Positions 19,318 through 27,394 are shown, counted from the stretch's first letter. The stretch: 38,306 bases of DNA from Dehalococcoidaceae bacterium (GCA_016928015.1 JAFGLQ010000119.1:1-38306); one strand, 5' to 3'. Made by a program: numbers and translations. Notes: generated by a model not told the origin, from the sequence alone.

Positions 19318-20178
19318 CTGGTAGGCATTATAAACCTCGGCCGCCTCACATTAATTTGTCTTGTCGTGATAACCGGTGCAAGCTTGTTAGCGTTAGCGGC
19401 ATGCGCTGCAGATCCGTGGCAACCTGAAAATATTTTTACATCTTCCCAAGAGGGCTCAACGGGAAATATCGCCAGAAATATTACTGCTATCGAAGCATTT
19501 AATCTGTTAAGCATCAATTCAGACAATCGCGACTTTGTAATTTTAGACATAAGAACGTCCGAAGAAAGGACTCAGGCCTACATTAAGGGGTCGATTTTAC
19601 TTGACTGGCATAGCGGCTACTCTCAGCAGATAATCAGCCTGTTGGATAAAAATAAAACCTACCTGGTTTACTGAAAAAGCGGTTTGCGGAGTTCTTCCGC
19701 TTTGGAGTTAATGAAATCTCTTGAGTTTAACGAGGTTTATGACTTACATGGAGGTATCGTCGCCTGGGAAGAGGCCGGTTTGCCTCTGGTAACTCCTGAC
19801 ACTTCAGGCAGTACAAGTGATCCCGCCACCACTTTGCCCGCTGCCACCAGCCCGCCTTCATCCAGCGACAGTAAAACACCGGCAAAATTTGCCGTCTCGA
19901 ACCTTCACACGGATCCCCCTGTGCCTGTCCCTCCCAGCGGCCTCTTCTCTTTCATTGTTACGGTTACCAACGAAGGTGGTGTTGAAGGTTATTATGAAGC
20001 GGTCGTTGAAGTGGTTGAAGTTATCGGTGTGATAAGGCTGGAAATTGGGAGTGTATCAGAACGCGTATTGATTCCACCAGGCCAGAGCAGAATCGTAACG
20101 TTCGAACAAATACATCTGACTCAGGGAATTTTCGAAGCAACTATCGAAAAGGAAAACCTGTTATTCGAATGCACCTGA
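19318..20178 (+). CDS. Probable selenoprotein: lipoprotein with a Sec-containing rhodanese domain, S/T/P linker and Ig/CARDB-like domain (TGA 19672-19674 read as Sec)
   Basis: ORFs 19366-19674 and 19684-20178 are in the same frame, giving KTYLVY-TGA-KSGLRS where rhodaneses have YC(R/K)SGxRS. LDIRT..E before and LHGGIVAWEEAGLP after; lipobox LAAC; SECIS-like hairpin. Start uncertain (CTG 19318 after GGAGGT, or GTG 19366). Confidence 0.8.
19686..19700 (+). promoter_or_regulatory. Candidate bacterial SECIS element
   Basis: GCGGA-GTTCT-TCCGC hairpin; the loop begins with G, 16 nt 3' of the in-frame UGA. Confidence 0.65.
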
Positions 20179-20196
20179 GGCTGAGGGACCTGGTGA

Positions 20197-20215
20197 CGGC
20201 TGCCGTTGGCAGCCG
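20197..20215 (+). other. GC-rich hairpin: second SECIS candidate or weak terminator
   Basis: CGGCTGCC-GTT-GGCAGCCG, 8-bp stem with a G-first loop, no clean U-tract, preceded by three in-frame TGAs. Confidence 0.5.
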
Positions 20216-20303
20216 ATGCATGTTATGTTAAATCCAACTATTTACATTAAATTCTATGCCTTTAATGACTGTTTGTTCGCATTTCCATCCGGCTGACATG
20301 TTT

Positions 20304-20332
20304 TTGATTTGGTGGTTTTATAAGCTTATACT
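20304..20332 (+). promoter_or_regulatory. Putative sigma70 promoter TTGATT-N17-TATACT
   Basis: Hexamers at 17-nt spacing upstream of the GAGGTG RBS and ATG 20376. Confidence 0.5.
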
Positions 20333-20375
20333 TAACTCCAAGCGGCAACTTCAATAACTTTCGGAGAGGTGGCAT

Positions 20376-20783
20376 ATGAGTATATTAAAAATAGTGATTC
20401 TGTATTTCAGTGCCCTGGTGGCTTTTTTCGCGATAGATATGTTGTGGCTGGGAGTGATATCCAAGGACTTTTATGCCCGTCAGCTGGGTCATCTACTTAG
20501 CCCCAAAGTGCACTGGGTTCCGGCAATAATATTCTACCTGTTGTTCGTCGCCGGCATACTTATATTCGCTGTTGTTCCTGGTGTCGAAGCCGGTTCACTG
20601 GCCAGAACGGCTCTTATGGCTGCCCTGTTCGGCTTGTTCTGCTATGCAACTTATGATCTTTCCAATTTATCAACATTGAAAAACTGGCCCCTCCTGGTTA
20701 CCGTTGTAGATATTGTCTGGGGAATAACTATTTCTACCAGCGTTGCCATAATAGCTTATTTTATAGGCCGGGCCATTATATAA
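20376..20783 (+). CDS. DUF2177-family membrane protein
   Basis: IDMLWLG, FY, YATYDLSNL..LKNWP and DIVWG motifs; four hydrophobic segments. Confidence 0.85.
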   Translation: MSILKIVILYFSALVAFFAIDMLWLGVISKDFYARQLGHLLSPKVHWVPAIIFYLLFVAGILIFAVVPGVEAGSLARTALMAALFGLFCYATYDLSNLSTLKNWPLLVTVVDIVWGITISTSVAIIAYFIGRAII

Positions 20784-20816
20784 TTGCTTCCAGTTATTGC
20801 GGATCTGTAACAAAAC

Positions 20817-22553
20817 CTATTGCTCTTTTTTCCAGACGGAAGCTTTGAGTGATAATTCCCTGGCTACATCAAGAGATTTCTCTGAATACTGCCTGGGAGA
20901 TATCATGGCAGCCAGCTCTTCAATACGTTCGTTGTCATTTAGAGCCCTGATTGTACTGGTATTACGGTTACCCCGGGATGTTTTGCAGACCTTGAAATGT
21001 GAATCGGCGAACGCTGCAATCTGTGGCAAATGAGTAATGCATATTATCTGGTGGTGCCGTCCTAGAGACCACAGCTTCCTGCCGATTACCTCCCCGCTCC
21101 TTCCGCCGACACCTATATCAATTTCATCGAATATCATCGTCGGTACCGCATCCGCTCCTGCCAGCGCGTTTTTTAAAGCCAGTGTAAATCGGGATATCTC
21201 TCCAGTAGAGGCAATATTCGCAATAGGCATAACCGGTTCTCCCGGATTGGTTGAGGCAAAAAATTCTACGTTGTCAATACCGTCCTTACCAAATTTGTAT
21301 TCCTTGCCCGATAGGGCCAGGCCGCCTGTTTCTTCGGTATGCTCAATGCAAACTTTGAATACGACTTCGGGCATGTTAAGGCCGGCAAGCTCATCCTCCA
21401 TCTTGTGTTCAAGCTCCCGGGCCGCATTGAGTCTTAAAGACGTTAATTGTTGCGCTAAATCCGCCATTTTGAACATCAGTTCCCTGATTTCGTTGTCCAG
21501 TTTATCCAGATTCGATGCAATGTTGCCGATATCTTCGAGTTCCTGACGAATACTCTTTTGCTGGAGCAGCAAACTGTCCATACTGCCGCCGTATTTACGC
21601 TTCAAGCGCCCTATCAACTCCAGCCGGTTGCCCAGTTCTTCGATGCGTTCCGGGCTGCCATCCAATTCTTCCACGTAGCGGCGTACTTCATAACCCAGTT
21701 CTTCTGTTTTATCGCAGGTCTCCTGTAATAATTCGAACTGAGCGGTTAACCGCGGGTCTATCTCGGCCAGGCGGGAAAACAACCCCAGCGCTTGAGAAAG
21801 GCAGTCAAAGGCGGAAGACTGCTCCGATGTATAATCCCCTCTCAAAGACTGGTAAATATCCCAGGAAAGCCTTTTTACGGTCTCTATATTGGTCAGCTTA
21901 ATTAACTCTTTTTCTATTTCAGCGTCTTCTCCGGGTTTAATGCCAGCTTTTTCAAGTTCATCCATCTGAAAATAAAGATAATCTCTACGTTTGGCAATAT
22001 CATTGTTAGCCGTTTGCAAGCGAGCTCTTTCATGAAGTAAATGCTGAATTTGCGAATACAGCTGGCTGTAAGCATCCCTTATTTCGGCCGTGCAGCCAAA
22101 TTTGTCCAGCAGTCTCAAATGAGTCGACCTGTCATACAAAGACAGGTGCTGAGTCTGGCCATGTATATCCAGAAGAAGGCCCCCGACATGTTCAAGCAAT
22201 TTCTTGGGGACCGGAGTTGAGTTGATGCGAAAAATATTGCGCCCGTTCTTTTTCAGATGGGCAGTAATAACAATGTCGTTTGAGCCGGAATGCAATTTTC
22301 TCTCTTCGAGAAATTCAAGTAAACCCTGGGGTGAACATACGTCTAAGTTGAAATACGCTTCGACTCTGGCCTCTTCACTACCATGCCGGATAACTGAATC
22401 ACCTGGAGACTCAAAAAATAGAATCTCCAATGCCTCGATAATGAGCGATTTCCCGGAACCCGTTTCACCGGATATTATGTTAAGTCCATGGTCAATATCC
22501 CAGGTAAGGTCGTCAATTATTCCCAGTGAAATAATCCGTATTTCTTTCAGCAT
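20817..22553 (-). CDS. recN: DNA repair protein RecN
   Basis: GETGSGKS Walker A, DIHGQ, central coiled coil, ASTGEISR, FDEIDIGVGG and ITHLPQIAA motifs. Confidence 0.95.
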   Translation of the reverse strand: MLKEIRIISLGIIDDLTWDIDHGLNIISGETGSGKSLIIEALEILFFESPGDSVIRHGSEEARVEAYFNLDVCSPQGLLEFLEERKLHSGSNDIVITAHLKKNGRNIFRINSTPVPKKLLEHVGGLLLDIHGQTQHLSLYDRSTHLRLLDKFGCTAEIRDAYSQLYSQIQHLLHERARLQTANNDIAKRRDYLYFQMDELEKAGIKPGEDAEIEKELIKLTNIETVKRLSWDIYQSLRGDYTSEQSSAFDCLSQALGLFSRLAEIDPRLTAQFELLQETCDKTEELGYEVRRYVEELDGSPERIEELGNRLELIGRLKRKYGGSMDSLLLQQKSIRQELEDIGNIASNLDKLDNEIRELMFKMADLAQQLTSLRLNAARELEHKMEDELAGLNMPEVVFKVCIEHTEETGGLALSGKEYKFGKDGIDNVEFFASTNPGEPVMPIANIASTGEISRFTLALKNALAGADAVPTMIFDEIDIGVGGRSGEVIGRKLWSLGRHHQIICITHLPQIAAFADSHFKVCKTSRGNRNTSTIRALNDNERIEELAAMISPRQYSEKSLDVARELSLKASVWKKEQ

Positions 22554-22627
22554 ACTTCTTGCCCAATATAGTATTATATTTATACCCGTGTTGAAAAGGC
22601 CACTGCAATGACGTTATCTTTTTAAGT

Positions 22628-22656
22628 TTGACTTAAAAGCCAATAGTCATTAAACT
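22628..22656 (+). promoter_or_regulatory. Putative sigma70 promoter TTGACT-N17-TAAACT for the tubulin-family gene
   Basis: Hexamers at 17-nt spacing in the divergent recN/tubulin intergenic region. Confidence 0.5.
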
Positions 22657-22731
22657 TTTAGTGACTTTTCTCAAATTTAAACACACCATCTTGACACCAA
22701 TTATTTTATCCCGAATAAAGGGAGGAGCGAA

Positions 22732-23910
22732 GTGAAATTATTAGTTGTAGGTTGCGGGCAGGCCGGAGGCCGCATTTCTGACGAATTCGCCCTGCTTAAC
22801 AAAAAAGCGCGTGCCGAACGCGGTTTCGATATCATGACAAACATTCTTGCGGTAAACACCGACGTTGCCGATTTGAGTGGATTGTGCCACATAAAAGCCG
22901 ATTTTCATCATCGTATTCTGATCGGCAGCGGCAAGACTCACGGCCATGGTGTCGGCAAAATGAACGAAATAGGCGCTGCCATCGCCCGTGAAGATGGCGA
23001 TAAAGTTCTGGACAAAATAAGAGATACCAAGAACCTTCCCGAAACAGACGCTTTCATGGTTGTAGGCAGCGCTGCCGGGGGTACTGGTTCCGGATCCGTG
23101 CCCGTAATAACTCAGATTATTAAAGAACATTTTCCCGAAAAACCTGTATATAATCTGATTGCCTTGCCGTTCAAGTTCGAAGAAGTGACGGAGGAGCGTT
23201 CGGTTTACAACGTGGGCACGTGCCTTAAATCCGCTTACCTGGTCGCCGATGCTATATTCCTTGTTGACAACCAGCGTTATATCACCAAAAACGCTTCCAT
23301 GCGCCAGAATCTGGCCAAGATAAACCATGACATAGTCAAACCTTTTTACAACCTGTTATGCGCCGGCGAAGAAACCGATGTGAAATACATCGGTTCCAAG
23401 GTGGTTGACGGGGGTGATATTATCCAGACTCTTTCCGGATGGACAACCATTGGTTACGGCAGAACTAAAACTTCCGTAATGAAACTGCCTTTCAATAAGT
23501 CGGTCGATTTCCGAAGCAAAAATACTGAAGCCATGCCCGGAACCCAGGCTATGAACGAAGCACTGGGCGAACTGTCACTGAAATGTGAACCCAATGATGC
23601 CCGTAAAGCTCTCTATATCATTAATGCTCCGCCTGATGTTATGAGCATGGACCTCATCAAGGACCTTTCTGCCGCTTTGAGAGAAATGGCCCCGCAGGCG
23701 ATTATCCGCAGTGGCGACTACCCGAGAGGCAAAGGTTCGGTCGATGTGACAATTTTACTTTCAGAACTGGTCAACTCTCGTAAGGTTATGAGTTACTTTA
23801 CGAAAACCATCAGCTATATGTCTCACATACGCACTGAAAGAGGCTATATCGAAGAGCAGGAAAGGGGCCTTGCCGGCGCTTTCCAGGATATTCCATCCCT
23901 TCTTTCATAA
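22732..23910 (+). CDS. Tubulin/FtsZ-superfamily GTPase, CetZ-like
   Basis: T1 loop GCGQAGG, AVNTD..DL, RILIG..KTHGHGVG, signature GGTGSG, LVDN and T7 region VVDGGDIIQTL; GGAGG RBS with GTG start. Confidence 0.9.
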   Translation: MKLLVVGCGQAGGRISDEFALLNKKARAERGFDIMTNILAVNTDVADLSGLCHIKADFHHRILIGSGKTHGHGVGKMNEIGAAIAREDGDKVLDKIRDTKNLPETDAFMVVGSAAGGTGSGSVPVITQIIKEHFPEKPVYNLIALPFKFEEVTEERSVYNVGTCLKSAYLVADAIFLVDNQRYITKNASMRQNLAKINHDIVKPFYNLLCAGEETDVKYIGSKVVDGGDIIQTLSGWTTIGYGRTKTSVMKLPFNKSVDFRSKNTEAMPGTQAMNEALGELSLKCEPNDARKALYIINAPPDVMSMDLIKDLSAALREMAPQAIIRSGDYPRGKGSVDVTILLSELVNSRKVMSYFTKTISYMSHIRTERGYIEEQERGLAGAFQDIPSLLS

Positions 23911-23914
23911 ACAT

Positions 23915-23950
23915 AATAATAGAGCGGGTCGGTCGACCCGCTCTATTATT
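23915..23950. terminator. Bidirectional intrinsic terminator between the convergent genes
   Basis: Perfect 17-bp inverted repeat AATAATAGAGCGGGTCG-GT-CGACCCGCTCTATTATT with A/T-rich ends on both sides. Confidence 0.85.
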
Positions 23951-23964
23951 TTTCACCTTTTGGG

Positions 23965-25683
23965 TTATTCGTCGTCTGTGTCAGTTTTTCTGGTTGCTCC
24001 ATGCTGTTCAAGCTCGCTGAACATCTGCTCCAGTTCTTCCAGTCTGGATTTCTTCATTTCCTGCGTTTCAACCGGTATCTCATTTGAAGGTAGCGTGTTC
24101 TCTTCTTTCACGGGTTCGTAAATTTCATCGAATTCCTCGGTATTTACCGGTTCCGGGCGTTCTGTCGATATCTGGCTTTTAGTGGCGGTATCGATTTTCT
24201 GTATTTTTGGAGCTTGCTTTTCTATTTTTTTCAAATCGCGCTTCAGTTCCCTGGAAACCTGCCCTGCCACCTTGTTTATTTCGCCCGTGCCGCTGATCAT
24301 TCTTTCTATAATAGGCAGGGACATTCCAACGGCTTCCTGCAAAGCCAGCCTGGCGGCATTGATGGCATCTTCAGCTGTTTGCACGGCTTGCCGGGCTGCT
24401 ATTTCCGCTTCCTGCGACAAGCTGGTTGCATTTTCAAGCGCATTCTGTGATTGCCGGAGAGCGGCAGTGGCCTCCTTCCGGGCTTTTTCGGCAGTTTCTT
24501 CGGCGCGGGAAATGGGCAACCGGGACGATTTTACCCAGCCTTGTATATCATCAACTGCTTTCGAGCTTATTTGCTGAGCTTTTTCTATTGCCTTCTGAGA
24601 AGAGGTTATTGCCTGGTCTGCGGTGTGTTTAGCCACGTTACCGAGGTCAATTGCCTTATTCGAACTGTTCAGCGCATCTTGTTTGGCCTGTTCTACCGAT
24701 AGTTCTGCCTGACGGATAGTGTCTTCAATATTAGCAATCGCCTCTTTAATCATAACAACAGCCTGGTTGGCGTTTTCACTGGCCTGCTGGCTGCTTTGTT
24801 CTACGCGAAAAATAGATTGCTTTGAAAGCTTGAGCGCTTCATCGGCCGTGTTCTTGGCCCACTGGCTGGAATCATTGGCCATTTTTATTGCCTTTTCAAA
24901 GTTACTGGAATAACCCGCGGCAGTTTCCTGGGCAATGGCTGCGGCTCTTTCAGCCCTTTTTACGGCATCCTCGCTCAATCTGGCTGAAGCGTCGGCTACC
25001 TTCCTGGATGCACGGCTTACTTCATCAGCCCTTAAAATGGCTTCATTGGAAATCCGGGCGGCTTCAGTAGCCGATTCCCGGGTGGTTTTTCCCATTTCTT
25101 CTACCTTTTCGATTGCCTGCTGTCCCAGCAGAACTGCGTTTTGAGCTTCACTTTTAGCCTCGTTTGACATTCTTTCGGCGCTTCTGAGGGTTTCCTGGGA
25201 TTGTTTTACTGTTGCTTTAATTTCATCCAGCGTTTCCCTGGCAATTTTTTCTATGCGGGCAACTGTATCTTCAAAGGAGCGTGAAAGTTCTTTTGAAGCC
25301 TTTGTAGAGTTTTCCACGCTTTCTTCGGCATTTCTGGCAGCATGTTTGAATGCAGCTTCAGCTTCTTCGGCTCGCGCTTTGGCCTGGCTGTAATCTTCTG
25401 CTGCCTTGGATACGGCTTCTTCTGCCTTTAATACAGCTTCCTCAGCGCGGCGTACCGCATTTTCAGAAGCTCTTTTCGCTTCGGATGAATCTCTTTGCGC
25501 TTGTTTTACAATTTCCTTTGCGTTATTAAGCGCTTCCTTGCTTACTTTTATAGATTCTTTGGCCTCTTCTTTTGACTGGTTGGATAGATTCACAGCCTCT
25601 GTAATCTCTTTTCTTAAAGCTTCAGTTTCTTTTTCCATGCTTTTAAGGTCTCCTGCAGTAAAATTATGGCTGTTATTATTCAA
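23965..25683 (-). CDS. Long Ala/Glu/Ser-rich coiled-coil protein with 25-aa repeats (hypothetical)
   Basis: 572-aa ORF, AGGAG RBS and TTG start; no TM or signal peptide visible; almost Pro-free helix for about 490 aa, then an acidic tail. Confidence 0.85.
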   Translation of the reverse strand: MNNNSHNFTAGDLKSMEKETEALRKEITEAVNLSNQSKEEAKESIKVSKEALNNAKEIVKQAQRDSSEAKRASENAVRRAEEAVLKAEEAVSKAAEDYSQAKARAEEAEAAFKHAARNAEESVENSTKASKELSRSFEDTVARIEKIARETLDEIKATVKQSQETLRSAERMSNEAKSEAQNAVLLGQQAIEKVEEMGKTTRESATEAARISNEAILRADEVSRASRKVADASARLSEDAVKRAERAAAIAQETAAGYSSNFEKAIKMANDSSQWAKNTADEALKLSKQSIFRVEQSSQQASENANQAVVMIKEAIANIEDTIRQAELSVEQAKQDALNSSNKAIDLGNVAKHTADQAITSSQKAIEKAQQISSKAVDDIQGWVKSSRLPISRAEETAEKARKEATAALRQSQNALENATSLSQEAEIAARQAVQTAEDAINAARLALQEAVGMSLPIIERMISGTGEINKVAGQVSRELKRDLKKIEKQAPKIQKIDTATKSQISTERPEPVNTEEFDEIYEPVKEENTLPSNEIPVETQEMKKSRLEELEQMFSELEQHGATRKTDTDDE

Positions 25684-25839
25684 TGGTCTCCTACCTCCGC
25701 TGCGAATAATTCTATAACAGCATTACCTCTAAAGCAAACATAACCCGGTATCAGCCTAAGTTGAGTTGTTGTTTCGTCATAAAATACAGGGTAAAATGGC
25801 AGGCATGCATGATTGACAGAAAAACAAGGAGTATTTCAA

Positions 25840-27216
25840 ATGAAGAAATATGATGTTATCGTCATCGGTTCCGGCTGCGGTCTCATAGTTACTGAAGCGG
25901 CGGCTATGGCCGGGAATAAGACGGCTCTTGTAGAAATGGATAAAATGGGAGGCACCTGCCTCAACGTTGGGTGTATACCTTCCAAAATGCTTATTTATCC
26001 GGCGGACGTAATATACGAAATTGAAAACTCTTCCCGTTTGGGCATCAACGCTTCACTTTCAAATGTGGATTTTGCCGGCATTTTAGAGCGGACGAGCCGG
26101 ACAATAGAAGGCTATCGCAATAAATTGCATCGTCAGTTGCATCGTATGCATGGGGTTGATCTTTATGAATCAAGAGCTCGATTCATTGACGAGCATACCC
26201 TGGATGTAGATGGCCAAAGAATTACCGCTCCGTTGATTTTTATCGCCTGCGGTACGCGTCCGGTGTTACCCCAGGCTGAACTGTCGGGAAAACCCGGTAT
26301 AATTACCAACGATAATTTGCTTAATCTAACCAGCCTGCCTGCAGAAATACTTATCGTTGGTGGTGGTTATGTTGCCTGTGAATATGGCCACTTTTTCGCT
26401 GCCATGGGCAGCAAGGTTACCATGCTGGAAATGACCGGCCAATTATTATCAGGCGAAGAACCGGAAGTTTCCCAACTGGTTGAAAAAACTCTACGGTCAA
26501 AAATCAACGTTCAAACGAATACAATTTTAAAGACGGTAAATGAGGCTCATTCGGGATGGAATATTTCAACTGAAAACACGCAGGACAATTCCAGCAAGTC
26601 TTTTTTTTCCAGCCATGTTCTTTTCGCCATGGGCAGAATCCCCAACACCGATATTCTCGGTTCGAGGGAAATTGGCATCGACCATGACGATAAGGGGTAT
26701 ATACGGGTTAATGATTACCTGCAGACAAACATCGAGGGCATATACGCTATAGGCGATGTGAATGGCCAGTACATGTTCCGCCATGCTGCCAATTATGAGG
26801 CCGAACTGGCCTGGCACAATGGGCTGCATTCCCGGGCTGGCTTTGCACACCTGACCGCCGTTGATTATCTTGCCATGCCGCATGCGGTTTTTACCCGTCC
26901 GCAGGTTGCTTCGGTCGGCATGACCGAAGCACGCGCCCGTAAAGAGCATGATATTGGTACAGGCATCGTCAGCTATTTCGAGACAGCCAAGGGAGAAGCC
27001 ATGCAGGAAAAAGAAGGGTTTGCCAAAGCGGTAGTCGATAAATCCAACGGGAACGTACTTGGATTCCATATTGCCGGGCCGAATGCTGCAATTTTAATCC
27101 AGGAAGTTGTCAATGCCATGTCCGGCAAGGGGGGAACGGATACCGTTAAACGGGGTATTCATATTCACCCGTCTATCAGCGAGCTTGTACCCTTAACCAT
27201 ATCAAGCGCAAAGTGA
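25840..27216 (+). CDS. Flavoprotein disulfide reductase (dihydrolipoyl dehydrogenase/mycothione reductase-like)
   Basis: VIGSG, GGTCLNVGCIPSK redox disulfide, VGGGY, IYAIGD and HIHPSISE motifs; AAGGAG RBS before ATG 25840. Confidence 0.9.
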   Translation: MKKYDVIVIGSGCGLIVTEAAAMAGNKTALVEMDKMGGTCLNVGCIPSKMLIYPADVIYEIENSSRLGINASLSNVDFAGILERTSRTIEGYRNKLHRQLHRMHGVDLYESRARFIDEHTLDVDGQRITAPLIFIACGTRPVLPQAELSGKPGIITNDNLLNLTSLPAEILIVGGGYVACEYGHFFAAMGSKVTMLEMTGQLLSGEEPEVSQLVEKTLRSKINVQTNTILKTVNEAHSGWNISTENTQDNSSKSFFSSHVLFAMGRIPNTDILGSREIGIDHDDKGYIRVNDYLQTNIEGIYAIGDVNGQYMFRHAANYEAELAWHNGLHSRAGFAHLTAVDYLAMPHAVFTRPQVASVGMTEARARKEHDIGTGIVSYFETAKGEAMQEKEGFAKAVVDKSNGNVLGFHIAGPNAAILIQEVVNAMSGKGGTDTVKRGIHIHPSISELVPLTISSAK

Positions 27217-27284
27217 GGTTAATAAATCATTATTAACAAGTCCTGTGGGAAAATATTATCTGTGAGCAAAGTTGCCTAAACCTA

Positions 27285-27313
27285 TTGACATTGCTGTATA
27301 TTGCTGATACTTT
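27285..27313 (+). promoter_or_regulatory. Putative promoter of the dpp operon (TTGACA with weak -10)
   Basis: Consensus TTGACA at 27285; -10 candidates GATACT or TACTTT; ATTGCTG repeated at a 10-nt period. Confidence 0.4.
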
Positions 27314-27394
27314 AGAATATTATTATTTCATAAGCGAACTTCCCGGAATTAATCCGGGCAAAGGCTGGAATCAAAATAAATTAATGGAGGAGAA

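Noticed and set aside
19366-20178. Two separate genes or a pseudogene, as in the ORF track
   Set aside because: Both parts are in the same frame, the only interruption is a TGA exactly at the catalytic Cys column, and a SECIS-like hairpin follows. Recoding explains this better, though it is unproven.
22554-22731. LexA (GAAC-N4-GTTC) boxes upstream of recN, and likewise upstream of uvrC
   Set aside because: No matching palindrome found by eye in either upstream region.
22732-23910. Canonical cell-division ftsZ
   Set aside because: Lacks the GGGGxN T1 loop, the NxDFAD T7 loop and dcw context, so no gene symbol was assigned.
23965-25683. Methyl-accepting chemotaxis protein, SMC or phage tape-measure/fibre protein
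   Set aside because: No MCP hairpin signature, no Walker motifs, no TM segments and no phage genes nearby.
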